NCBI GenBank assembly: GCA_964396145.1
Contig: CAYNEE010000002.1
Span: 1-59,943, forward strand
DNA length: 59,943 nt
Source: an uncultured Gammaproteobacteria bacterium
Lineage (GTDB): Bacteria; Patescibacteriota; Microgenomatia; UBA12405
Reading direction: 5' to 3'
In this document: positions 1 through 8,307 of the stretch, piece by piece
Numbering within the stretch: the stretch's first letter is position 1
How the letters are laid out: every line of letters begins with the position of its first letter
Made by a program: the position numbers and the translations under genes
Notes under the pieces: model-generated
The model's database searches: none
What the model was told of the DNA's origin: nothing
What the model saw: only the letters and a program-made list of their open reading frames with translations

Positions 1-1380
1 TGAAGAATCATAGAAACTACCGCTGATGGGAACATTACAGTCCCAGACTTTAAGTAGACGATTAGCAGGTAACCAACCAGTACTAAGTGAACCCTTAACG
101 CTGGTGATATTAACTTGATGATCAAAAGCAGAAGTGACATTTTTAGTAGCATCAAAATCTATAGACAAAGAATAAACATCCCGATCGTTTGGGAGTTCTC
201 CATTAGCGGCATTACCGTCATGATATTGGGTAATCCTGGACATATTTCTAATCACGTTATCTCCCAACCATCTCATTTTAACTGAAGCAATATCCTGCCA
301 ACCATTACTGGTAGTCACCCAAACGACATAAATTAACCTCCTGGGGCTAGAATTATTAGCAATAAAAGGATCACAGGTATGAATCCGGTTTTGAGCATCC
401 ATAATGTCCAAACCCTGAGTCGAGGTTCTGTCTGTGTACCACCAATCGCTTCTTCTGATTTCTAAACTATTGAAAGTTGGTGTGACACAAGTTAATTTTC
501 CGGTACAACTGTCGCCACAGCTACCGGTACAAGTTTGAGGAGAGCATAAATTATTGGCACAACTACAATCATTTAATTTAGTTCCCATGCAAAAACAGCC
601 GGGAACAGTCTGACAACTTTTGTTGTAGCATGTGTTAGTAGTACAGGCCTGACCAACACAAGAAGGACACTGAGTTGGTGTTGGGCCTCCACCGGGAGGT
701 ACTCCACCGCACCAACCACAATCAGGACCACCACAGTTATCACAATTACCAGTACCGTCAGAACAGCCATAAAAACCATGCTCCGCACAAACAGGGTTGG
801 GGACATTGTAACAAGTCACGGGGTGACAGCTTTGCCCTGGTCCAGGGCAATACTTTGTTCCTACCCACTGATCTGTCATGGTTGCTCCACATTGATATAA
901 AGTACAATCCTTACTAACATAACATCTAATATCTGCATATCCTGGAGTATTCAGACAAGTATTAATACAATAACCACCACCTTGACGGCAATCACATGGT
1001 TCAATACAAGTTCCACCCCAACATTTATTGGGGCTACAACAAGGTGATCCACTATTACAAGATTGGCCTAAGCTACGGCAAGAAGGTGTTGGTTGTGGTT
1101 TACAAGTTCCATCAGAACAACCGTAAGGGCAACTTTTTTCAAATACCCACCTCACTCCATTACAATAATACTGACCTCCATCTATACAAGACCTCGTTCC
1201 TTTGGTACAAGATGCCGATTTTTGACAAATACTATTACTATCACAATTACCGCTACAACACATCCAGTTACCATCACACCAAGATCCTTCTGGAGAACAT
1301 TGAGCTAAAACCGGATGCTCGTACAAACTGAACACAGATAAAATAAAAAATAAAAATAGTAATATCTTCTTTCTAATCAT
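1..1380 (-). CDS. Secreted cysteine-rich protein, partial (C-terminus lies beyond the left window edge). It has a signal peptide followed by repeated C-x6-C-x5/6-CC-x3/4-C-x4/5-C modules.
   Basis: Absent from the ORF track because no stop falls inside the window. The reverse complement of 1380..1 is one uninterrupted frame of 460 codons starting at ATG 1378-1380: MIRKKILLFLFFILSVFSLYEHPVLAQCSPEGSWCDGNWMCCSGNCDSNSIC... An ATGA stop/start overlap links it to the upstream ORF 1377..1862. The listed ORFs between 573 and 1331 are off-frame artefacts of this gene. Confidence 0.8.
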   Translation of the reverse strand, partial: MIRKKILLFLFFILSVFSLYEHPVLAQCSPEGSWCDGNWMCCSGNCDSNSICQKSASCTKGTRSCIDGGQYYCNGVRWVFEKSCPYGCSDGTCKPQPTPSCRSLGQSCNSGSPCCSPNKCWGGTCIEPCDCRQGGGYCINTCLNTPGYADIRCYVSKDCTLYQCGATMTDQWVGTKYCPGPGQSCHPVTCYNVPNPVCAEHGFYGCSDGTGNCDNCGGPDCGWCGGVPPGGGPTPTQCPSCVGQACTTNTCYNKSCQTVPGCFCMGTKLNDCSCANNLCSPQTCTGSCGDSCTGKLTCVTPTFNSLEIRRSDWWYTDRTSTQGLDIMDAQNRIHTCDPFIANNSSPRRLIYVVWVTTSNGWQDIASVKMRWLGDNVIRNMSRITQYHDGNAANGELPNDRDVYSLSIDFDATKNVTSAFDHQVNITSVKGSLSTGWLPANRLLKVWDCNVPISGSFYDSS

Positions 1381-1862
1381 TCTCTTCCAAAACTACACAT
1401 CCTGTAACCAATATTCATAATCATGATAACACTACCAGATTCATCCGTACTAATATTAACTTCGTCACCTTGACAGAAAGCCCATTCCCAATCAATGCCT
1501 TTATTGTTGGTTACTGCTATAAATTGTCCCTTTTTACCTCTACCCACTACTGGAACAAGAAGTTTCATACTTTCAGGATTAATTTTAATAGTCTTTTGAT
1601 TGTTTTGATCATCTTTTACTATTAATTCTGCGTTACCAGAATCCCAATTTACCACTTCAAAAGTTTCTTGTTTCTTTTGAACATACTTATTTTCGCCTAC
1701 TTCTATTATCGAAACTGGAGAGCTTTTAGAATCAACTAAGGTTTTGTCTGTTTTATGGGATTTTTCTTTATCAAAAAATTTTACAAAAGCTAATAGGGCT
1801 AATCCAATGATAATTATTAAAATTATAAAAATCCTTATTCTGAAGAATTTAAAGCCATTCAT
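1377..1862 (-). CDS. Hypothetical bitopic membrane protein
   Basis: 161-aa ORF with an N-terminal hydrophobic helix (FRIRIFIILIIIIGLALLAFV). It is translationally coupled to the downstream Cys-rich gene and lies on the same strand as the pilus operon. Confidence 0.5.
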   Translation of the reverse strand: MNGFKFFRIRIFIILIIIIGLALLAFVKFFDKEKSHKTDKTLVDSKSSPVSIIEVGENKYVQKKQETFEVVNWDSGNAELIVKDDQNNQKTIKINPESMKLLVPVVGRGKKGQFIAVTNNKGIDWEWAFCQGDEVNISTDESGSVIMIMNIGYRMCSFGRE

Positions 1863-2015
1863 TATCTAAATAATGACATTTTTTTGTTTTTATAGCAAAC
1901 CGACTAGTCTGTGTATACAGAAATAAAATACATTCTATTAAATTTTTCTATCTCTTCCTTGGTGACGTCAGGCCGATCAAGTAAAACCCTCAATGCTAAT
2001 TTGGTTTTTTTCTCT

Positions 2016-3347
2016 TTATTTTTTTTCTCTAAATCCAATCATTATTAGATTTGTTCTAGAAAAAAGATCATAGTCACTTTTTGTCGGCAATTCATTGTCA
2101 CGCCAAATCCTAATAACTGCAGCATCCCACTCCGAATCAGTTACTTCTGGTACAAATTCATCAATAAAAATATCTAGATTTTCTTTCTTAATTTGTTCTC
2201 TATAAGCATATTTTACGTAAAGCTCCATTTGTGTTACTCCACTAGGGGTGGTATATCTACCTGATGTATCAAAATATCTTGAATCTTCTGGAGTATAAGT
2301 CAAAGTAATAGGAACCAAACCTCCTGTTGAGGGAACCCTATACAAAAATGTTTTATTTAATATCTCCTGATGCTGCCAAATAAATTTATAAGCAGAAATA
2401 GGTACCCAAACCGATGATCCAAAAATAAAATTACCAGTTTCACCGGCAATTCCAAACGGTTCGTTTATGGCTTTATCTCTATACTCCTCTGCCTTTTCAT
2501 TCACTAACTTCAAATATTCATCCTGCCAGAGAGCAAATTTTTCAGGTTCGTCAATCGGAGAAGGAGCGACTACTAGGTCTTTAAACTCTTCTTTAGATTG
2601 TGGATCTTGAAAAATATTACCTTTAATCAATGATTCTTTTTCCCACTGAGCTTTAACAAGTCTTTCAACAATCTCACCCTGGGAGTTAATTCGAACTGGA
2701 ACACCTTGGTCAACTGAGAGAAAAGTACCATCTTTATTGGGGTTAATTTCCAGTGGCCCTAAACCAGGTTGGATATCATTGCCAGCCACAGTCGGAGGGT
2801 AGTCGACAAAACCTGTTTCATTCATGGGAACAGTAAAGAGCTTGTTTTGATATTCACCACCGACTTCCATTAATACCCAAACTTCGGTCGGGTTTTTAGG
2901 ATTGTCATAAATATATTTCCAATGAATATCTGTGGTTTCTGGAGCAAAGGGACGATTGTCAAACTGAATCCAATAATCAAGCCAGCGCTCTACTCTTTGT
3001 TGTTGTGCTAAGGCATCGGTGGACTGATTTAGTTTTTCCTGAGTCGAGGTATAAACACCGCCGGAGGCCTCAACTACATAAGTAGGGGTAGGAGCCAGAG
3101 TTTCAGTTGCTTTGACAATTACAGTTGGTACTTCAGTTGGATTAGGGGTAGAAGAGATGGTTGGTTCTTTAATAGGGGCAGTGGCTGGAGGAGTTTTGTC
3201 AGAGACTATTGGCGGGATTACCGGTCTCGCGTCTACTGGGGTACAGGCAACAGTCCCACCGACTATAGCAGCGACTAAAGTCTTATTGATAACTTTTTTA
3301 AGGTTAAAAGAACTTTTTTTAAATTCACCACTCTGTTCAGGCATCAT
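2016..3347 (-). CDS. Hypothetical surface protein or putative lipoprotein with a Pro/Thr-rich linker
   Basis: 443-aa ORF. It has an N-terminal hydrophobic segment ending in GGTVAC (weak lipobox) followed by a P/T-rich stretch. I recognise no family. Confidence 0.55.
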   Translation of the reverse strand: MMPEQSGEFKKSSFNLKKVINKTLVAAIVGGTVACTPVDARPVIPPIVSDKTPPATAPIKEPTISSTPNPTEVPTVIVKATETLAPTPTYVVEASGGVYTSTQEKLNQSTDALAQQQRVERWLDYWIQFDNRPFAPETTDIHWKYIYDNPKNPTEVWVLMEVGGEYQNKLFTVPMNETGFVDYPPTVAGNDIQPGLGPLEINPNKDGTFLSVDQGVPVRINSQGEIVERLVKAQWEKESLIKGNIFQDPQSKEEFKDLVVAPSPIDEPEKFALWQDEYLKLVNEKAEEYRDKAINEPFGIAGETGNFIFGSSVWVPISAYKFIWQHQEILNKTFLYRVPSTGGLVPITLTYTPEDSRYFDTSGRYTTPSGVTQMELYVKYAYREQIKKENLDIFIDEFVPEVTDSEWDAAVIRIWRDNELPTKSDYDLFSRTNLIMIGFREKK

Positions 3348-3383
3348 TTTAGATTATAACCTATAATGTATATGAGGATTATA

Positions 3384-3881
3384 TCACAATCTGGGAGAAA
3401 TGGTCTGAAAAAACCTCCCACTGCTGCCTACACCCTCAGTCCCAATAACTGTTTTTAAATCTAAAATTACATCTACAGCCTCAACTATACTACTACCCAC
3501 CTTCATCCGACAAGTCACAAAACTATTGCAATTATTGGGTAAAACTCCACTATCAAGTAAATTATAAGTTCCGTTGGCTGACTGTGAGGCAATTTTATTG
3601 CCCGCTAAATCACACAGTAAAGTTGTCGACACTCCATTGTAGGCCACGTAACTCAATTGTGTTTTACCACTACTACAAACCATAGTTTCCGGCCTAGCCT
3701 CTAAAATATTTTTTTTAAGCTCTCCAAAAACAAAATTAGCCTTACTGGTTAATTTTTCATTGTTTTCTGTAGAATTTTTAAGTCGAAAAGACATCCCCAG
3801 TGACCCAGATAAGGTAGTCATAATCAATCCTAAAATTGCCACCATCACTACAATTTCAATTAAAGTAAAGGCACGTCTCAT
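3384..3881 (-). CDS. Prepilin-type N-terminal cleavage/methylation domain protein (minor pilin or pseudopilin)
   Basis: The N-terminus MRRAFTLIEIVVMVAILGLI matches the class III signal pattern: a basic leader, F+1, E+5 and a hydrophobic helix. A 4-nt overlap joins it to the upstream gene. Confidence 0.75.
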   Translation of the reverse strand: MRRAFTLIEIVVMVAILGLIMTTLSGSLGMSFRLKNSTENNEKLTSKANFVFGELKKNILEARPETMVCSSGKTQLSYVAYNGVSTTLLCDLAGNKIASQSANGTYNLLDSGVLPNNCNSFVTCRMKVGSSIVEAVDVILDLKTVIGTEGVGSSGRFFQTISPRL

Positions 3882-4291
3882 TTCCGACTAAAAAAACGTC
3901 TAACCGTTAAACTCTGAGGGTTTTTCCCCGGCCAGTCCACTTTAACCATCAGTTCTGTACACTGCCTGGGCGTCCCTGTTCCACAATTCGGATAAGTCGC
4001 CGACTGAGTTATTGTGTCAAAATCTACGGTATAAACATATCCCGGAAAAGACGAATTACTTAGACCTGTCTGTGCCGACTCCTGATAATTCCAAAACAAG
4101 ATTGGATTATTCTGACTCCTGTCTACAAAATCTTCAACCACTTTATTGGCCAGTTCATTGGCCTTTCTTCTGTCAAAACTTGTTTGCCGGTTAGCAGTTG
4201 ACATCACAATCAAAGCCACTGCCGCCGTCATCACCAACGCCAAAATTCCTATGGCTACCACTGATTCAATTAAAGCCTGCGCTTGTTTCAT
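3878..4291 (-). CDS. Divergent prepilin-like protein (minor pilin candidate)
   Basis: The N-terminus MKQAQALIESVVAIGILALVMTAAV keeps E+5 and the hydrophobic helix, but the cleavage motif is degenerate. It sits inside the pilin gene array. Confidence 0.55.
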   Translation of the reverse strand: MKQAQALIESVVAIGILALVMTAAVALIVMSTANRQTSFDRRKANELANKVVEDFVDRSQNNPILFWNYQESAQTGLSNSSFPGYVYTVDFDTITQSATYPNCGTGTPRQCTELMVKVDWPGKNPQSLTVRRFFSRK

Positions 4292-4794
4292 TAATTTTCA
4301 ATCACCTCACCCTGGGTAACTTGTCCCATGGCATCAATAAAAATAGGTATCGACATATTTTTGCTTTCATTCAAAGTCATATTTATTGTTGTTGTTTCTC
4401 CGGCTGCATACATAGTATCGGTAGTATTTTTCCCTAAAAATCCAGTTCCAGCATAAAAAAACCTCCTGGTATTATCAGTTACATTTGCTTCTACTAAATT
4501 CTGAGAAAAATTAACTGTTGTCCCTATTGTAGAAATTGCGTTTAAATACAATTTCTTATCAGTACCATTAAAATAAATTTCTATAACTTTCAAATTTCCA
4601 CTAGCTCCCAAAGGCATTTGCCTGGTTTTAGCAAGCGAATTAGCCATTTTAAAATCAGAAACTACCTGGCTAGACGCTTTAAGCAAAGCCTGCCTTTGGA
4701 TTCCCCGATTAATATACACAAAAGCACCTGCCGACAACACCAACACAATCGCAACTGCGACTAATAACTCTACTAATGAAAACGCTTTCTTCAC
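4291..4794 (-). CDS. Prepilin-type N-terminal cleavage/methylation domain protein (minor pilin)
   Basis: N-terminus MKKAFSLVELLVAVAIVLVL. TAATG stop/start overlap with the next gene. Confidence 0.75.
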   Translation of the reverse strand: MKKAFSLVELLVAVAIVLVLSAGAFVYINRGIQRQALLKASSQVVSDFKMANSLAKTRQMPLGASGNLKVIEIYFNGTDKKLYLNAISTIGTTVNFSQNLVEANVTDNTRRFFYAGTGFLGKNTTDTMYAAGETTTINMTLNESKNMSIPIFIDAMGQVTQGEVIEN

Positions 4795-4812
4795 TATAAA
4801 ACTTTAGCACAA

Positions 4813-5208
4813 TTAAGGGTTCTTTAGGATATAAGTCGTCAATGTAGAATCAATTGGATTATTTTTTGCGTCTTCTAAAACCGCCGACAATTCATAACCA
4901 TAGCCATTATTCGTTGATACATAACCATAAGTATCACCTGCAGCCTGGCCTTTTGGTCCATATAGTCTGTCAGGCAAATAATCTGGCACCAAAGTGGAGA
5001 AAAAGGCGCCAGTTGCTGGATATTTTTTAGTTGCACTTGCTTGTCGATATATTTCTGCCGCCGCTGCCATTTTTTGTAAATCCTGAATTCTCCTGGTGTC
5101 CCTCGCTTTAGTATTCATTTTTGAAAAACTGACCATCCCCACCACACTCAAAACCGCAATAATGGTAATGACCACTATCAGTTCAATTAAAGTAAAAGCT
5201 TTTTTCAT
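4813..5208 (-). CDS. Type IV pilin or GspG-like pseudopilin paralog
   Basis: N-terminus MKKAFTLIELIVVITIIAVLSVVG followed by DTRRIQDLQKMAAAAEIY, which is a typical pilin alpha-1 helix. Confidence 0.8.
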   Translation of the reverse strand: MKKAFTLIELIVVITIIAVLSVVGMVSFSKMNTKARDTRRIQDLQKMAAAAEIYRQASATKKYPATGAFFSTLVPDYLPDRLYGPKGQAAGDTYGYVSTNNGYGYELSAVLEDAKNNPIDSTLTTYILKNP

Positions 5209-5612
5209 TGTTGGTTTTTAACACAATAATATGGTCCGCTTGCTGCCATCGTACAGGCATTATTAGTAGCATTGCCTCCTGTCGGATTTTCCAAAACAGC
5301 ACAAACACAGTATGTACTAGCTCCATTGACCAAACCGGAAAAATTATAAACCGTCGGACTGGAATTTTTAGGATCAACCGGCATAACCGACATTAAACCC
5401 GAACTAGCAAGTTGAGCAGTGTTTGGATAGACATAACTATTCTGACTGTAATACATTTCTGCTGCTTTTTGAATTGCATTCATATCCTGAACTCTTCTGG
5501 CATCCCGAGATTTTTTTTGAGCTCCACCATACGAGATTGAGGCCACTGCAATTAAAATCCCAATAATTGAAATTACTACTAATAATTCAAATAAAGTAAA
5601 AGCTTTTTTCAT
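5205..5612 (-). CDS. Type IV pilin or GspG-like pseudopilin paralog
   Basis: N-terminus MKKAFTLFELLVVISIIGILIAVAS, then SRDARRVQDMNAIQKAAEMYY, with C-terminal Cys residues. Confidence 0.8.
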   Translation of the reverse strand: MKKAFTLFELLVVISIIGILIAVASISYGGAQKKSRDARRVQDMNAIQKAAEMYYSQNSYVYPNTAQLASSGLMSVMPVDPKNSSPTVYNFSGLVNGASTYCVCAVLENPTGGNATNNACTMAASGPYYCVKNQQ

Positions 5613-5654
5613 TTTTATTGATTCTAGATTGATAATTTATAATTGAAGATTAAA

Positions 5655-6047
5655 TTAGCTCGCACATACATAATATTTTTTATCAGCGTTATCAGTTACT
5701 CCGCATTTTGCCTGACTCTCCCTCAATTCTTCACCTTTAGTAGCTTCCATCTCCGCACCCAATCTAAACGAGTCACTATTTATTAAAGTGTAAGTATAGG
5801 GACTATAATCCACAATCGAAGGAATATAACTTCTAATATCCGACGACCAAGTCGCACTGTCAGGATATTTTTGATTATCATTGTAATATGTTCGCAGAGC
5901 ATTTTTAATAGATGCCATGTTTTGTTTCTTTTGACTATCACTCGCTCTTTCCCTGGCTCCCATAAAATTAGGCATTATTATAGCCGTCAATACCCCGATA
6001 ATGGAAATTACTACTAAAAGTTCTATTAGCGTAAATGCTTTTTTCAT
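5655..6047 (-). CDS. Type IV pilin or GspG-like pseudopilin paralog
   Basis: N-terminus MKKAFTLIELLVVISIIGVLTAIIMPNF, with a C-terminal Cys pair. Confidence 0.8.
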   Translation of the reverse strand: MKKAFTLIELLVVISIIGVLTAIIMPNFMGARERASDSQKKQNMASIKNALRTYYNDNQKYPDSATWSSDIRSYIPSIVDYSPYTYTLINSDSFRLGAEMEATKGEELRESQAKCGVTDNADKKYYVCAS

Positions 6048-6068
6048 TTGATTAAAATTAACATTTTT

Positions 6069-6884
6069 TTAACATTGCCATTGACCCGATACTGGATCAT
6101 AACAAGGATCACCTGTCGGTATTGCCCCCTGGCAAAATCCTCTAAGGCAAAAACCATCACAACATGGCGTACCTCTCACACTACATGAACTACCCGCGGG
6201 CAAACAACTTGGCGGAGTAGTTGGCTCCGGAGAAACAATCGGTGGAGCAGTTGGTATCCGAGTTGCGGTCGGTGGAGCAGTTGGTATCCGAGTTGCGGTC
6301 GGTGGAGCAGTTGGTACAGGAGTCGATGTTAAAACAACTCCAGAGGTCGGAATCACTACTCCTCCAGTACTACTTAAATTCCCATTCACATCCACTGCTA
6401 TGTTAGGACTTAAGTATACAAAACAATAATTATCATCTATTCCGCCGCAATCATAGGTCATACTTTTATTAGTATCAAGTTGACATTGCTTGTCTTCTTT
6501 ATTTTCCAATTTAGCAAACAAAGCATAACTTTTACCATCAGCACTACTTTTATAGCAATACTGAGGAAAACCCTTCACATTTTCCTTGGGCATTTTTTTC
6601 ATATAAATATAGCCTTCATCTACAAACTCATCACCCCAGTTAACAGTTTTAGTATTAGTTCCACTCCCAATAACTATCCGACCGTCACTACTGGCTGTTG
6701 GAAATTTTTTATAGTCGGCATAATACATCTGTAAAGCCTTGGATACCGCATTTAAATCACCTTTACGGGCCACGTCATTGGCCTTTCTTTTGGCTGTCTG
6801 AAACTGACCGATGGCTATTGTCGTCAATATTCCCATAATTGCAATTACTACCAGTAGTTCTACTAAAGTAAAGGCTTTTCTCAT
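6069..6884 (-). CDS. Modular type IV pilin: pilin domain, Pro/Thr tandem-repeat linker and a C-terminal cysteine-knot-like module
   Basis: The start is taken at the internal ATG giving MRKAFTLVELLVVIAIMGIL; the track ORF begins 5 codons earlier at a GTG. The C-terminal part reads PTAPPTATRI x2 ... CLPAGSSCSVRGTPCCDGFCLRGFC. Confidence 0.8.
   Translation of the reverse strand: MRKAFTLVELLVVIAIMGILTTIAIGQFQTAKRKANDVARKGDLNAVSKALQMYYADYKKFPTASSDGRIVIGSGTNTKTVNWGDEFVDEGYIYMKKMPKENVKGFPQYCYKSSADGKSYALFAKLENKEDKQCQLDTNKSMTYDCGGIDDNYCFVYLSPNIAVDVNGNLSSTGGVVIPTSGVVLTSTPVPTAPPTATRIPTAPPTATRIPTAPPIVSPEPTTPPSCLPAGSSCSVRGTPCCDGFCLRGFCQGAIPTGDPCYDPVSGQWQC
6211..6317. repeat. 30-bp tandem repeat (about 2.5 perfect units plus one degenerate unit) encoding the PTAPPTATRI linker of the modular pilin
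   Basis: ggtggagcagttggtatccgagttgcggtc occurs identically at 6241-6270 and 6271-6300. A partial unit follows at 6301-6317 and a degenerate unit lies at 6211-6232. Confidence 0.9.
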
Positions 6885-6901
6885 GATTAAATATAACACA
6901 T

Positions 6902-7447
6902 CTAAATTCCCTGGGTTCTAATATCAGTAAGCATCGGAGTACTAGTCGCATCAGCATATGCGGTAGGTTTGATGTTGGGATAATTAGAGCTAGAAACCGA
7001 ATAATTAGCTACTTCTGTAAACCCCTCATCAATCGGTCCTTGATTATAAAGATTAGGATCACTTTTATTTTCCAAATTTGCCATTATTTTAAATAGTTTA
7101 GGACAAGGCTCAGTCTCATCATTGCTACCCACAATTATTGGATAGGGCTTACCGTCCGGGTCGCAGGGCCACTTGTTCATCCATGGTTTGAAAAAGTCAC
7201 CGTTACAATAGGCTGGATCAAACATTTTATGTAAATACTGGTTGTAATCCGGATAACAGCCTTTGTCGTTGTAATAATCCTCAAAAGCAATTTTTATCCT
7301 TTCCAAATCGGCCTTCCTTTTAGCGTCCTGCGACCGATTAACCATCGCCGCCGGCTTAAAAATACCCAAAGCTATAACCATTAAAATCATTAAAATAGCC
7401 ATTACAATAATTACCTCCACCAAGCTTATCGCTTTCTTTTGTTTCAT
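6902..7447 (-). CDS. Prepilin-like protein (minor pilin candidate)
   Basis: The N-terminus MKQKKAISLVEVIIVMAILMILMV has E+5 and a hydrophobic helix. The C-terminal domain contains Cys residues. Confidence 0.65.
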   Translation of the reverse strand: MKQKKAISLVEVIIVMAILMILMVIALGIFKPAAMVNRSQDAKRKADLERIKIAFEDYYNDKGCYPDYNQYLHKMFDPAYCNGDFFKPWMNKWPCDPDGKPYPIIVGSNDETEPCPKLFKIMANLENKSDPNLYNQGPIDEGFTEVANYSVSSSNYPNIKPTAYADATSTPMLTDIRTQGI

Positions 7448-7466
7448 AAACTATTCTAACCTTTTC

Positions 7467-8234
7467 TCAAAAAAATAAATTAATAATTTTTTCTCCCCAA
7501 AAATAGGCGATAATTGTCCCTAAAATTAAAAAAGGGCCAAATGGAATAGGGGAGAGCCGGCCCATTTTTTTTCTTGACATCAATATCAACCCTATAATCG
7601 AACCACTAATAAATGCTATATAAAAAGCCACTATAATTTTTGGAAAACCTAAAAATAAACCCATAAACAGCGCCAGCAAAACATCCCCCTCACCCATGGC
7701 CTGTTGGCCTTTAATTTTAATTTTCGTCAAAAGCCAGATAAAAAACCCGGCACCCAGAGCACTCCACCACTCAGTCATCGGCAATCCCAACATTCTTCGT
7801 CTCAGTTCCGCCAAGATTATTAACGGAACCGCCGTCGCATCCGGAATCATCATATACCCAATGTCAAAAGCCGCCTCAAACACCAGCAAACTCCAAATGA
7901 TTAACAATACTACTAATAATATGCCCCCTCTTTGGAAATTGAAATTTGTTTGGTTATTGTAGATTTGGTTATTAGTTATTGCAAACAATATCCCCGTCAC
8001 CACCTCCACCATTGGATAATAACTTGGCAATTTTTTCCCACAACATCGGCTTTTGCCTTTATATACTATAAATGAGAGTAGGGGAATATTGTCATAAAAT
8101 TTCAGGGGTTTTTGACAAAAATCACAATAGCTCCGTTGCTCTTTTACAATTGATTTTTTATGTCCCAGCCGCCACAGCACCATGTTAATAAAACTCCCCA
8201 CACACAAACCCAAAATAAATAAGACTAAAGTCAT
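7467..8234 (-). CDS. pilD: Prepilin peptidase / N-methyltransferase (A24 family)
   Basis: 255-aa polytopic protein. It has an N-terminal Cys-rich motif (CDFCQKPL...DNIPLLSF...CCGKKL) and a Gly-rich C-terminal half typical of PilD/GspO. It lies within the pilin array. Confidence 0.85.
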   Translation of the reverse strand: MTLVLFILGLCVGSFINMVLWRLGHKKSIVKEQRSYCDFCQKPLKFYDNIPLLSFIVYKGKSRCCGKKLPSYYPMVEVVTGILFAITNNQIYNNQTNFNFQRGGILLVVLLIIWSLLVFEAAFDIGYMMIPDATAVPLIILAELRRRMLGLPMTEWWSALGAGFFIWLLTKIKIKGQQAMGEGDVLLALFMGLFLGFPKIIVAFYIAFISGSIIGLILMSRKKMGRLSPIPFGPFLILGTIIAYFWGEKIINLFF

Positions 8235-8249
8235 AACTTATTGTAAACC

Positions 8250-8282
8250 AAAAAAATTCCCCTCCTTTAATCAAAGGAGGGG
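8250..8282 (-). terminator. Rho-independent terminator or attenuator downstream of the major pilin gene
   Basis: The minus strand reads CCCCTCCTTT-GATT-AAAGGAGGGG, a perfect 10-bp stem, followed by AATTTTTTT. It lies between the pilin stop (8308) and the pilD start (8234). It is also copy 1 of the G-rich hairpin repeat family. Confidence 0.7.
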
Positions 8283-8307
8283 ATTAAGGGGTAGATTTAT
8301 TTTCCCT

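Noticed and set aside
573-1331. Four track ORFs (573..806 minus; 675..917, 996..1331 and 1093..1308 plus)
   Set aside because: All of them lie inside, and out of frame with, the long uninterrupted minus-strand Cys-rich ORF (1..1380). Their translations are low-complexity with no signal or motifs, so I treat them as frame artefacts.
5657-5690. dif-like sequence (minus strand AACGCTGATAA-AAAATA-TTATGTATGTG)
   Set aside because: It matches the XerC and XerD arms of the consensus I remember only partially. It also lies inside the C-terminal coding sequence of a pilin gene, so it is probably chance.
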